Shown here: piece by piece, positions 37,881-47,678 of the stretch
Position numbering within the stretch: the stretch's first letter is position 1
How the letters are laid out: the number at the start of each line of letters is the position of its first letter
Program-made: the position numbers and the translations under genes
Notes under the pieces: generated by a model
The model's database searches: none
What the model was told of the DNA's origin: nothing
What the model saw: only the letters and a program-made list of their open reading frames with translations
NCBI GenBank assembly: GCA_965140445.1
Contig: OZ223236.1
Span: forward strand, 2,016,001 to 2,080,000
Source of the DNA: Candidatus Ozemobacteraceae bacterium
GTDB taxonomy: Bacteria > Muiribacteriota > Ozemobacteria > Ozemobacterales > Ozemobacteraceae
DNA length: 64,000 nucleotides
Direction of reading: 5' to 3'

Positions 37881-38891
37881 ATGGCAAATTCATCAGAAGC
37901 AGTTCCCACCGCAACTCTTAAAACATTTAAATCTCGCAGAGCCAAAGCTTTGCTGGTTTTGCTTGAGATCTTTTTTATTCTATTAAATGTGGTTTTTTTT
38001 GTTGGAATTGGGAAAAAATGGCTTTTCACGCAAACAAACCTTACCAGCACCATGCATTTTTCAAACAGGGCGGAGCCAAAAGAAAATGAAAATCAAATTG
38101 GTAATGTTAATATTCTTGTTTTTGGAGTTGACTCAGTAGAGGGAACACACCGATCTGACACATTGTTTGTATTAGGGTTGAACCCTTCCAAGGGAAGAAT
38201 CTCTATGCTTTCAGTTCCAAGAGATACGCGCGTTTTGATTAATGGAAAATCAAGGAAAATAAATGAAATTTTGCCAAGATATGGAGAATTTGCTTTAAGG
38301 AATTTAATTGAAGACCTTATGCAGATTAAGATTAGTCGATATATAAAGGTTGATTTTCAAGGGTTTATAAACATAATTGATGTTATTGGTGGTGTGGATA
38401 TTAATTTGGATAAGTCCATGAATTACGATGATAACTGGGGAAAACTTCATATCCATTTTAAAAAAGGTCCAAATCATTTAGATGGAAGAGATGCCCTTAA
38501 TTATGTAAGGTTTAGAGCCGACGCCAATGCTGACCTTGGTAGAATTAAGCGGCAGCAGAAATTTATCAGAGAAGTTCTCAGAAAAGCATTTCAGCCAAGC
38601 TTTGTTGTGAAGCTTCCTCAAGTTATTAAAGAGGCTTTCACTCATGTAGATACTGATTTAACAATTCAGGAAATCTTTTCTTTAATCTATGGTTTTAAGG
38701 ACTTCAAAGCTAAATTCAGAACTTCTTCTTTGCCTGGTGAGGCAAGATACATTGATAAAATAAGCTATTTTTTACCTTACAAGGATAAAGCAGTTGAACT
38801 TGGTGCAAGAGAGTTTTCAGATCTTGCTGCTATAGAACTTGTTGCAAGCTTTTCCTCTAATATTGCTTCAGGAACGATTAATGAAAACTGA
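37881..38891 (+). CDS. LCP (LytR-CpsA-Psr) family protein
   Basis: TM anchor, NILVFGVD, RSDT, SVPRDT, YVRFR, DLGRIKRQQ. Confidence 0.93.
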   Translation: MANSSEAVPTATLKTFKSRRAKALLVLLEIFFILLNVVFFVGIGKKWLFTQTNLTSTMHFSNRAEPKENENQIGNVNILVFGVDSVEGTHRSDTLFVLGLNPSKGRISMLSVPRDTRVLINGKSRKINEILPRYGEFALRNLIEDLMQIKISRYIKVDFQGFINIIDVIGGVDINLDKSMNYDDNWGKLHIHFKKGPNHLDGRDALNYVRFRADANADLGRIKRQQKFIREVLRKAFQPSFVVKLPQVIKEAFTHVDTDLTIQEIFSLIYGFKDFKAKFRTSSLPGEARYIDKISYFLPYKDKAVELGAREFSDLAAIELVASFSSNIASGTINEN

Positions 38892-39906
38892 ACTTTTTGA
38901 TTTTGATTTGCCCGAGTCTTTAATCGCTCAAGTTCCGGCGGAAAAAAGGAGCGAATCTCGCCTTCTGGTTTTCGACCGCCAAAATGAAACAATTTCTCAT
39001 CAGAAATTTTTTGATATTGTTGATTATTTTCAACCCGGAGACCTGTTGATTCTTAACAGTTCAAGAGTTATTCCTGCCAGATTATTCACTTCTCCAGACC
39101 AGGGAAGGGTTAAACCCTCAGAAATCCTTTTTATAAAAGACCTGGGTAATGGTCTATTTGAAGCTATGGTTAGACCTGGAAAAAAGTTTAAACCAGGACA
39201 CAGGCATACTCTTCCTGAGGGAGTTACTGTTGAAGTGCAAAGTATTAAAGAGGGTGGTTTACGGATTTTAAAAACCATTGGGCGATCTGATTCTGTTGAA
39301 ATCTTTCGAAAGTATGGAGAAATGCCGCTCCCTCCGTATATTACTTCCAGAGAAAGTTCCCCTGAAAGATATCAAACTGTTTTTTCTGACGAAGAGGGCT
39401 CAGTAGCAGCACCCACGGCTGGTCTTCATTTTGAAGAAAGTATTTTTGAACAATTGAAAGAAAAAAAGGTAGATGTAAAAACAGTAACTCTTCATGTTGG
39501 ACTTGGGACTTTTAAACCCATAGAAGCTGAATATCTTGAGCACCACCATATGCATGAAGAGATTTATTATATCTCCCAGGAAACAGCAGAAGCTTTCTTA
39601 GAAACTAAAAAACAAGGTAACAAAGTCTGGGCTTGCGGCACAACTTCCGTAAGAACTCTTGAATCTGCAATTCAGGACTCTGGTGAACTTAGAACTGGGT
39701 GGCAGTCTACAGATTGTTTTATAAAGCCGGGATATAAGTTTAAAGCAGTTGACAGGATGATTACGAACTTCCATTTGCCAAAGTCGAGTTTGATAGTTCT
39801 GGTTTCGGCTTTTTGTGGTAGAGAGCAGGCAATGAAAATTTATAATGAAGCTATAAAAGAAAAATATAGATTCTATAGCTTTGGAGATTCAATGGTGATG
39901 ATATGA
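38881..39906 (+). CDS. queA: SAM:tRNA ribosyltransferase-isomerase
   Basis: FDFDLPESLIAQ, GSVAAPTAGLHF, TNFHLPKS, FYSFGD; start ATG 38881. Confidence 0.97.
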   Translation: MKTELFDFDLPESLIAQVPAEKRSESRLLVFDRQNETISHQKFFDIVDYFQPGDLLILNSSRVIPARLFTSPDQGRVKPSEILFIKDLGNGLFEAMVRPGKKFKPGHRHTLPEGVTVEVQSIKEGGLRILKTIGRSDSVEIFRKYGEMPLPPYITSRESSPERYQTVFSDEEGSVAAPTAGLHFEESIFEQLKEKKVDVKTVTLHVGLGTFKPIEAEYLEHHHMHEEIYYISQETAEAFLETKKQGNKVWACGTTSVRTLESAIQDSGELRTGWQSTDCFIKPGYKFKAVDRMITNFHLPKSSLIVLVSAFCGREQAMKIYNEAIKEKYRFYSFGDSMVMI

Positions 39907-41039
39907 CAAATAAAGAATTTAAGTTTACGTTAGAGCACAAGTCAGAAGAATGCCTTGGACGAGTTGGAAAAATTTCTACGCGACGCGGAGAGATTCCGAC
40001 CCCTATTTTTATGCCAGTAGGGACAGCTGGAACGGTAAAAACGCTTTCACCAGCAGATATTACCGATGCAGGTGCTTCCATAATACTTGGAAACACATAT
40101 CACCTGTATTTGCGGCCTGGAACAGACGTTCTGGATCATTTTGGTGGGTTACACAATATGATGGCCTGGGATAAACCAATGCTTACTGATTCAGGTGGTT
40201 TTCAGGTATTTTCTCTAAAGAAACTGAATAAAATTTCTGATGACGGAGTCGAATTTTCTTCTCACCTGGATGGGTCGAAACATTGGCTGACCCCTGAAGA
40301 ATCCATGAGAATTCAACGGTCGATTGGGGCAGAAATAATGATGGTTTTCGATGAATGTTGTCCATATCCTTCAGATGAAAAAGTTGCCAAAAGAGCTATG
40401 GACAGATCAGTAGCATGGGCAAAGAGGTGCCGGGAAGACCACCCTCAAATGAGAAACGGCCAGGCCTTGTTTGGTATTGTTCAGGGCTCTATGTATCTGC
40501 CTTTACGTCTTGAGTCGATAAAAAGGACTTATGATATAGGATTTGAAGGACTAGCCGTGGGCGGATTGTCTGTTGGAGAACCAAAAGAAGAAATGATAAG
40601 GGTTCTGGATGGAATGATGCCTCACATGCCGGAAGAGTTGCCAAGATACCTTATGGGAGTTGGAACTCCAGAAGATTTATTTACAGGAGTTGAACGTGGC
40701 ATTGATATGTTTGATTGCGTTCATCCTACCAGGATTGCTAGACATGCCACAGTTTTTTCTACCGACGGTCGATTAAGCCTGTTGAATGCAAAATGGCAAA
40801 AATCAGATGAGCCTATGGATAAAGACTGCACCTGCTACGCTTGCAGAAATTTTTCACGTGGTTATATGAGACACTTGTTTAAAGCAAAAGAGATTCTTGG
40901 TTTGCGAATGGCAAGTTTGCATAATATTACTTTTATGATTAATCTTATGAATAAGATTCGCCAATCGCTTATTGAAAAGCGATTTATCAGTTTTAAAAAT
41001 GAGTTTCTTGGAAGATATTTCTCGAAGGGGGATAAATAG
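39903..41039 (+). CDS. tgt: tRNA-guanine transglycosylase
   Basis: TPIFMPVGT, TDSGGFQVFSL, DMFDCV, CTCYAC zinc site. Confidence 0.98.
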   Translation: MTNKEFKFTLEHKSEECLGRVGKISTRRGEIPTPIFMPVGTAGTVKTLSPADITDAGASIILGNTYHLYLRPGTDVLDHFGGLHNMMAWDKPMLTDSGGFQVFSLKKLNKISDDGVEFSSHLDGSKHWLTPEESMRIQRSIGAEIMMVFDECCPYPSDEKVAKRAMDRSVAWAKRCREDHPQMRNGQALFGIVQGSMYLPLRLESIKRTYDIGFEGLAVGGLSVGEPKEEMIRVLDGMMPHMPEELPRYLMGVGTPEDLFTGVERGIDMFDCVHPTRIARHATVFSTDGRLSLLNAKWQKSDEPMDKDCTCYACRNFSRGYMRHLFKAKEILGLRMASLHNITFMINLMNKIRQSLIEKRFISFKNEFLGRYFSKGDK

Positions 41040-41582
41040 ATGGCTAGTCCAGAAAAACAATTACTGGATTCAGGAATTGCAGCTTTCAGGCAGGGTGATG
41101 CTGCAAAAGCTGAAGAAGTGTTCAGAGATTTTTTAAAGCAATATCCAAAAAGTGATCTGGCAGATAATGCGGTATACAATCTTGCAAAAATCGCCTTAAG
41201 AAACGAGCAGGAACAAAGAGCGGTTGAATGGTACGAGTTCCTTCTGGAAAATTATCCAGATAGTGATGCAGCTTACTTTGGAAAAGACGAGTATGTTGAA
41301 CTTATGCGTTCAATGGGTAAAGGACCAAGTGAAACTGCTGATGAATGCTATTTTGAAGGAAAGAAACAACTGCATGAAGGAAAGATTGACGCAGCTGTAG
41401 AAAGCTTTAACCGTTTGATTAAAGAATATCCTGAATGTGAGTATGTTGATAACGCTCATTATCAGCTTGGCTTGATTTGTAAAAAGCGCGGTGATCTTGA
41501 AGGTGTTAAACGTCACGTAGACATTATTATGTCGCAGTATGCTGATACAGATGCTGCCTTATATGCACAAAGTCTGCTGTAA
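41040..41582 (+). CDS. Tandem TPR protein (CpoB/BamD-like repeats)
   Basis: Two similar units with YPxSxxADNAxY-type motifs; no signal peptide. Confidence 0.75.
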   Translation: MASPEKQLLDSGIAAFRQGDAAKAEEVFRDFLKQYPKSDLADNAVYNLAKIALRNEQEQRAVEWYEFLLENYPDSDAAYFGKDEYVELMRSMGKGPSETADECYFEGKKQLHEGKIDAAVESFNRLIKEYPECEYVDNAHYQLGLICKKRGDLEGVKRHVDIIMSQYADTDAALYAQSLL

Positions 41583-41604
41583 ACAACATCATTTCTAAAA
41601 TAGA

Positions 41605-41637
41605 AAATGGGCTGCCTCATATTGAGGCAGCCCATTT
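41605..41637. terminator. Bidirectional terminator
   Basis: AAATGGGCTGCCTCA/TGAGGCAGCCCATTT between convergent genes. Confidence 0.82.
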
Positions 41638-41648
41638 ATTTTGGCAAC

Positions 41649-42983
41649 TTATTGTGGTGTTACGTTGATTGTGTAAGCGGTGTTTCCGTCTTCTTGAACG
41701 ATTATATCATCGGTCTCAATTTTGTAGTATCCATGTGACATGTTTACTACAAGAACCTTGATTGGATAACCAGTTATCACGCCTGAGATGTAACCTTCTG
41801 CTCTATAGTTTACAGAAACAACGTCTACGTAAGGCACGATATCTTTTCCACCCTGTCTGATGTATATCCTCGCAATATCTCCACCAGGGAATGATGAAGG
41901 AGTAGAATCATCAGGCATTGTGCCAGTTACAACGATTCTAAGATCTCTTCTAATTGGTTCTATATCGCTGAAGTCAGCATCGATACCACCAATTGTTCCA
42001 CCAGGAATATTAGTAGGAATACTTACAGCAGAGTTGATTGTAAGCAGATCATAACCACGAATTTTGCATTTAATTGATACGCTTCCAGCTGTTACTGGGA
42101 TATCTGTTAGCAAATAGTTTACAGACCCTTTGTAAGCATCTGTTACAGCTGGATCAGTAAATGTTGCAACTACTTTTCCAGCAGACTCGGCCCAGATAAG
42201 AATATCTTTCTGCTGAGTGTCAAGGACGTAACCTGGCAGATTGCGCAGAGTTCCGGCGATGTTAACAGTTAATGGTTGAACTTTTATTGTTCCGAGGTCA
42301 ACTGCTGAAGCTCCAATGGAGATCTTTGCAGCTGTTGGGTCTGCATTAGTTTTATATTCAACATAGTTGTTGCAAGTGATAGTGTAATGGTGATCGCCAC
42401 CTTCAAGTCCTGTCCAACCAAGTGTTCTGAAATCTTCAGCAGTTTCAAAAAGCTTTGATTTTCTCTGGTTGTATGGTTCGGTTTGAGTAACGGTAAAGTT
42501 TCTTAATGGTCTTCCTGTAATGCTATCAACTGGGTAGCCTTTCAAAGTTCCTTTGTAAAGCTCAGGTGCTTTGGTCATCTTGATTACTGAAAGATTAATG
42601 GTTTCACCATTGTTAATGGAAGCCGCAGCTGCTTCGAGGTTGGCTGTTGCTGTGCCATTATTCTCATTTGTTCCAGAAACATAGTAGCCATACTTTTCTA
42701 CGTAAAATTTCCAGTCATCGCCTTTGGCCATGTCATGAAAACTGTAGCTTCCATCGCCACCTGTATAGGTAGTCATGGTTTGCTTAGCTTCACCACCACC
42801 TTCAGCCTTTACCAGGACCTCTGGGATTGGTTGATTAGTTTCGGAATTCAGAACGTAGCCTACTGCGCTTCCGCCTTTTACTCCAAGTGAGCCTTTCTCG
42901 CATCCAGTAAAAACGATGCTGGCCAGGGATAGAACGAGCAGTAAAAGCCACCGCCCCTTAACATTTTGGGTGTTTCGCACCAT
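41649..42983 (-). CDS. CEKGxLG lipoprotein paralog 1 (beta-sandwich domains)
   Basis: FTG^CEKGSLGVK lipobox; likely start ATG 42983 after GGAGG. Confidence 0.8.
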   Translation of the reverse strand: MVRNTQNVKGRWLLLLVLSLASIVFTGCEKGSLGVKGGSAVGYVLNSETNQPIPEVLVKAEGGGEAKQTMTTYTGGDGSYSFHDMAKGDDWKFYVEKYGYYVSGTNENNGTATANLEAAAASINNGETINLSVIKMTKAPELYKGTLKGYPVDSITGRPLRNFTVTQTEPYNQRKSKLFETAEDFRTLGWTGLEGGDHHYTITCNNYVEYKTNADPTAAKISIGASAVDLGTIKVQPLTVNIAGTLRNLPGYVLDTQQKDILIWAESAGKVVATFTDPAVTDAYKGSVNYLLTDIPVTAGSVSIKCKIRGYDLLTINSAVSIPTNIPGGTIGGIDADFSDIEPIRRDLRIVVTGTMPDDSTPSSFPGGDIARIYIRQGGKDIVPYVDVVSVNYRAEGYISGVITGYPIKVLVVNMSHGYYKIETDDIIVQEDGNTAYTINVTPQ

Positions 42984-43022
42984 GGTTGCCTCCATGTGAA
43001 TCTATAAAATATCTCAGGAAGT

Positions 43023-43049
43023 ATATCGGCGGAATTTTGAGAAGTTTTA
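43023..43049 (-). promoter_or_regulatory. sigma28-type promoter
   Basis: TAAA-15 nt-GCCGATAT, an exact FliA/SigD consensus. Confidence 0.75.
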
Positions 43050-43191
43050 AAACTTTTTTCATTTTTTTACAAATAAAGCCTAAAAAACGACTTTTTTTTT
43101 AATTTGGAGTTTCTTTTCTTTAATTGTCATGCAAAAAAAAATCTCTTCTTCTCAGTCAGTATCTCTTGAAAAAGAATATTTATTTTTTCGT

Positions 43192-43218
43192 TAAACTTTC
43201 TATTGGTTGAGCCGATGA
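43192..43218 (+). promoter_or_regulatory. sigma28-type promoter
   Basis: TAAA-15 nt-GCCGATGA. Confidence 0.72.
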
Positions 43219-43262
43219 GGTATTGAACCAACTCTTCAAGACATAAACGTTGGAGGCGTAAT

Positions 43263-44501
43263 ATGATTAATGAAAGGCGGAATCCTGGCGCATATGGGAT
43301 TCTAACAGCACTGTTCCTGGTGCTTATCCTAAGCCTTGTAGGTTGCGAAAAAGGCACCTTGGGGTTAAAGGGAGGGAGTATTTCTGGAACAGTTCTGAAC
43401 AGCAGAACTCTTGTTGGAATTTCAGGAGTAAGCATCAAGGCAGAAGCTGGAACAGAAGAAACTAAAGTTACAAAGTATTCTTCAACTGACAGTAATGGTA
43501 ACTTTTATCTTAACGATATGAGAGCCGATGAATGGTTACTGACTTTTGATAAGGTTGGATACTTACCAATTGATGCTGATGCTTCTAGCAGTGTAAAAAT
43601 CGTTGTTACAAACAATGAAAGTACTAGCGTTTCTGAAGTTCGAATGGAACCCACAATTGAGAACCAGTATGTAACCGTATCTGGAACACTCAAAGACGCC
43701 ACCAATGGAACCCTTATAACTTATGGAAATGCACAATTCATCTTTGGACAGACATCCTTTAGTAATCGTTTGCCAACTGAATTTACAACAGGTTTCAGAA
43801 TTCCTGCATTGACTGGTGATACAGACCTGTCTATATCTGTTGCTGGTTATATGCCTATGACAATTAACCTCAACAATGTTGTAACAGATAGAGATCTGGG
43901 AACCATTCAGCTAACTCCTGAATCTTACAAGCTTGTTGGTAGATGGACTGATATACCAGGATGGGTTTTCCAGGATGCTCCAAGAGCTGACATCTTTGCA
44001 TACTCTGGAAATCGTCTTGTTGCAACGGCAACGGCTCAGCTAAATCAGCAGCAGTTTGAAATGATCGGTATTCCAAAAGGAACTTCTGTTTCAATTGAAG
44101 CTGAAATCAAAGGTTATAGAATGAATGGTCCAGTAGTCGTATACCCATCAGGTGACTTTCAGGGAACCATTTATCAGACATTCTCTTTGAAAAACCATTT
44201 CTCACAGATAATGAGAGATGTTCGAGTAATTGTTAGCGGTAATGGAATTAGTACTGGCGACATTATTGGAGCTTACTGTGAACAGACAGGAACAACCTGG
44301 GCGCAAACGACTGTTTCAAATCCTCCGGGACTTTCAGTTGGAACCCCACGAGTTATTGATCTGGGAACTAATCAGGTTCCAACAGGCTATACCCTTACCT
44401 TCAGTGGATACTCCGTCGAAAATGGAACCATCAGTTCTAAAGATGTTTTCATTAATGATGATGGATCTGATCCGCAAGTTGTTACAGTGCCGGTGAATTA
44501 A
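43263..44501 (+). CDS. CEKGxLG lipoprotein paralog 2
   Basis: LVG^CEKGTLGLK lipobox, TDSNGNF beta-sandwich motif, GGAGG RBS. Confidence 0.82.
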   Translation: MINERRNPGAYGILTALFLVLILSLVGCEKGTLGLKGGSISGTVLNSRTLVGISGVSIKAEAGTEETKVTKYSSTDSNGNFYLNDMRADEWLLTFDKVGYLPIDADASSSVKIVVTNNESTSVSEVRMEPTIENQYVTVSGTLKDATNGTLITYGNAQFIFGQTSFSNRLPTEFTTGFRIPALTGDTDLSISVAGYMPMTINLNNVVTDRDLGTIQLTPESYKLVGRWTDIPGWVFQDAPRADIFAYSGNRLVATATAQLNQQQFEMIGIPKGTSVSIEAEIKGYRMNGPVVVYPSGDFQGTIYQTFSLKNHFSQIMRDVRVIVSGNGISTGDIIGAYCEQTGTTWAQTTVSNPPGLSVGTPRVIDLGTNQVPTGYTLTFSGYSVENGTISSKDVFINDDGSDPQVVTVPVN

Positions 44502-44542
44502 TTATGAGTAAGAATTCTTCTGAACTCTTCGGGAGGTTAAAA

Positions 44543-46011
44543 ATGACGAACTTTCGATTCTGGGGTGGGTGGTTTCTGGTGTTTGCCGGATTAAGCATCC
44601 TTTTAACTATGGGTTGCGAAAAGGTGCACTAGGCGTCAAATCAGCAACAGTCACTGGAAAGGTTGTTGACAAAGACAATACTAATACTCCAGTTCCAAAC
44701 GCAATCGTGCGAATGATGTCTAAAGAAGCTGTAGGTGCTGGTGAATTACCACAGGGTTCTAACTTTATGGCAACTAACACTGATGCAAACGGGAACTTTA
44801 TATTTGAAAATGTTAGCGCTGATAATGTTGTTCTTGAAGTAAATGCTAATGGATATGCAAAGATTCTTTATCCATCAACACAGGCAGCAACAACTGAAGA
44901 TGGTCAGACTGAAGAAGCTGGGCAGGTTCAGAGTGTTTATGTTAGAAGTGGTTCGGTAACCAATGTGGGATACCTCGCCATGACTAAGATTTCTAATCCT
45001 CTTCCTGAAACAATTTCAACTAGTATTGTGTTTAGAGATGCTACTACTCTTGAACTGATTGATGAAAAAGCTGGTCCTATTACAGTTTCTTTCAACAATC
45101 AAACTGTAACACTTCCTGTTTCTAACTGGAGAGATGGTATTGACCTTACTGGTAACCCCATCACCTTAACAGCTGAAACTTCATTTAAAGTTATGGCAAG
45201 AGCTAACTCTGCTTATTATCTTGCATACGAAGAAACTATGGCGGGAACTGGTGATATACAGTCTGAAATTCTTCTAACCCCTGTTTCTTATAACCTTCTT
45301 CTTAGATGCACAAACGTTCCTGATTATATTGAGGGCGGAGTTGTTAACGTTTATGCGGAAAATATTCCAACTAATGTTGCTAGCCCACCAAAAGTCATTG
45401 CAACTCATACGATAAGTAACCTTGGAAATCTTACAGAGCCTAATCTTCCAGCTGTTGTTGCAGTTCCTGGATTAGCATTACCAGTAAATTTGAGAATTCA
45501 GGTTAGAGGTTATGAAGATGAAGTTATGCAGATTACTTCTGCAAATCTGCCAGCCGGTTCACAGGGAACTTACCGCGTAGATGTTAACTTCCTTGCAAAC
45601 AATGGAACAAAGAATTTGATTTATGATCCAATCCTTGCTTCTCAGGCAGGTTTACTTGATAATAGACTTAAGCGCGACGTTGTTTTGGAAGTATCTGGAC
45701 CTCATCTGTTAACAGGCGATTCTGTTTCAGCCATGATTAACCTTCCATACGAAACTCTTTCATATCACAACACTGAAACTGCCTCTAGCATTTGTTCTAA
45801 TAACAAGCCCGTTAGAGTTACATTTGGAAATACAGTTGTTGGTTACAATCTTAGCTGGGGCGTAACAGTATCTCCAACTATTGTTGGAAGTCCAAGCTAT
45901 GCATCTGGATCATATTCAATCTCATCTGCAGATCCGATTATGATAAATGTTCCAAACGATGTTCCTGCAAAAGGAATTCTCCTTGGAGCAGAAGCTAAAC
46001 GACCAGAATAA
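44543..46011 (+). pseudogene. CEKGxLG lipoprotein paralog 3, frameshifted just after the lipobox (pseudogene, recoding or sequencing error)
   Basis: GGAGG then ATG 44543 encodes a signal peptide ...LTMG^CEK-VH-stop (44632); the -1 frame continues KGALGVK... to 46011. Confidence 0.8.
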
Positions 46012-46021
46012 GAATAAGAAT

Positions 46022-46056
46022 AAAAAAAGGCCAGACTTAATTGTCTGGCCTTTTTT
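46022..46056. terminator. Bidirectional terminator
   Basis: AAAAAAGGCCAGAC/GTCTGGCCTTTTTT between convergent operons. Confidence 0.85.
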
Positions 46057-46067
46057 ATTTTAGCTTT

Positions 46068-47216
46068 CTAGATAACTGGAGTTCCGTGTGGATAATCAAC
46101 TCCAAGATGCTTTGCTACAGTTGCTGCAATATCCCAGAAACCCTTTCTTACTCCAAGATCTTTTCCTGGTCTGTTTTTCTGATAAACAAGCAGAGGGACT
46201 ACTTCGCGTGTGTGATCGCTTCCCTTAAAGGTTGGATCACAACCGTGGTCAGCTGTAATGAGAAGAATATCATCTTCATTCAATTTAGGTAGAAATGTTC
46301 CAAGCCATTTATCAAATTCTTCAAGTGCATTTTTGTAGCCGTTTACATCTCTTCTGTGACCAAATTTCATATCTGTATCAACGAGATTTGTAAAGATGAA
46401 ACCATTTTTTACTTTTTCAAGGGCTTCATCTGTTTTAGCCATTCCATCAGCGTTATCTTTTGTGGTTACATGTGGTTCAACGCCAAAGCCTGCAAAAATG
46501 TCATAAATTTTACCAACGCCATAAGTTGTTATGCCTTTTTCCTTAAGCACGTCCATTACAGATTTGCCACTTGGTGGAAGGCTATAGTCATGTCTTCTGG
46601 AAGTTCTTGTATAATTCCCGGAAGTTCCTGTGAATGGTCTGGCAATAACCCTTGCAGCGCCAAGTTCTGGTGGTTGGAGCATATCGCGGGCTGTTTGACA
46701 AATTTTATAAAGTTCTTCAATTGAAATTACATCTTCATGTGCGGCAATCTGAAATACAGAGTCAGCAGAAGTGTAAACAATTGGTTTACCAGTCTTTACA
46801 TGTTCGTCGCCAAGCTCATCAAGAATAACAGTTCCTGAAGAAGCATAGTTGCCAATTGTTTCTTTTCCGATAGCTTCTTCAAATTTTTTAAGCCAGTCTT
46901 TTGGGAAACCATCTGGGAAAACAGGAAAAGCAAAATCAAGTTTTACTCCCATCATTTCCCAGTGACCTGTAGTAGTATCTTTCCCAGGGGAAAGTTCTTC
47001 CATATAGGCAAAAGAGCCTTCTGGTTTATCTACAGGCGGAACACCCATAATTTCTTTAATATTGCCGAGACCTAGCTTTCCCATTACCGGAAGGCTGATT
47101 CCACCAGCTGCTTTAGCCAGATTTGGAATAGTCGCAGCGCCTTTGTCACCATATTGTTCAGAATCGGGCATTGGCCCAATTCCTGCACTATCTAAAACAA
47201 TGCATATTGCTCGCAT
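46068..47216 (-). CDS. deoB: Phosphopentomutase
   Basis: IVLDSAGIG, GKDTTTGHWE, YTSADSVFQIAAHE, RVIARPF, ITADHGCDPT, DHTRE. Confidence 0.95.
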   Translation of the reverse strand: MRAICIVLDSAGIGPMPDSEQYGDKGAATIPNLAKAAGGISLPVMGKLGLGNIKEIMGVPPVDKPEGSFAYMEELSPGKDTTTGHWEMMGVKLDFAFPVFPDGFPKDWLKKFEEAIGKETIGNYASSGTVILDELGDEHVKTGKPIVYTSADSVFQIAAHEDVISIEELYKICQTARDMLQPPELGAARVIARPFTGTSGNYTRTSRRHDYSLPPSGKSVMDVLKEKGITTYGVGKIYDIFAGFGVEPHVTTKDNADGMAKTDEALEKVKNGFIFTNLVDTDMKFGHRRDVNGYKNALEEFDKWLGTFLPKLNEDDILLITADHGCDPTFKGSDHTREVVPLLVYQKNRPGKDLGVRKGFWDIAATVAKHLGVDYPHGTPVI

Positions 47217-47219
47217 ATC

Positions 47220-47678
47220 TTAATTTCCTTTTCCTCGTAATTGCTCAAGGAGCATTAGTTTTTCTATTCGCTTGGCATGTCTGCCAGGCGCAGGTTGTGT
47301 TTCTATCCATTTATCAACAATCTGCTTCATGTAACCGGTTCCAATAACCATGCTGCCCATAGTTAAAACGTTTGCATGATTATGTTCTCGGCTGTTATTT
47401 GCTGCATAAAGATCATTGCAGCATGCAGCTCGCACACCTGGAACCTTATTTGCTGCCATACATGAGCCAATTCCAGCGCCATCTATTACAATTCCTAATG
47501 TTAAAGGGTTGATAGAAACTGCATGCGCAACAAGATAGGCAATGTCCGGATAATCTACTGAATTCGTGGAATAAGTTCCAACGTCTTCTACGACATAACC
47601 CTTTTCTTGTAGGTATTTTTTTAATTCTTCTTTATGGCCAAATCCACCGTGATCGGCGCCAATAACTATTTTAGGCAT
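47220..47678 (-). CDS. rpiB: RpiB/LacAB-family sugar-phosphate isomerase
   Basis: IGADHGG, VDYPD, AANKVPGVRAA, REHNHAN, GRHAKR. Confidence 0.88.
   Translation of the reverse strand: MPKIVIGADHGGFGHKEELKKYLQEKGYVVEDVGTYSTNSVDYPDIAYLVAHAVSINPLTLGIVIDGAGIGSCMAANKVPGVRAACCNDLYAANNSREHNHANVLTMGSMVIGTGYMKQIVDKWIETQPAPGRHAKRIEKLMLLEQLRGKGN

Noticed and set aside
43127..43438. 103-aa minus-strand ORF
   Set aside because: It is antisense to a lipoprotein gene and its promoter, with no recognisable features.
44569..44622. ORF-track N-terminus MVSGVCRIKHPF of the 480-aa ORF
   Set aside because: It is an artefact of the frameshift; the RBS and signal peptide are in another frame starting at 44543.
46005..46022. 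(AGAATA)x3 tandem repeat
   Set aside because: Too short, spans a stop codon and has no spacers; not CRISPR-like.
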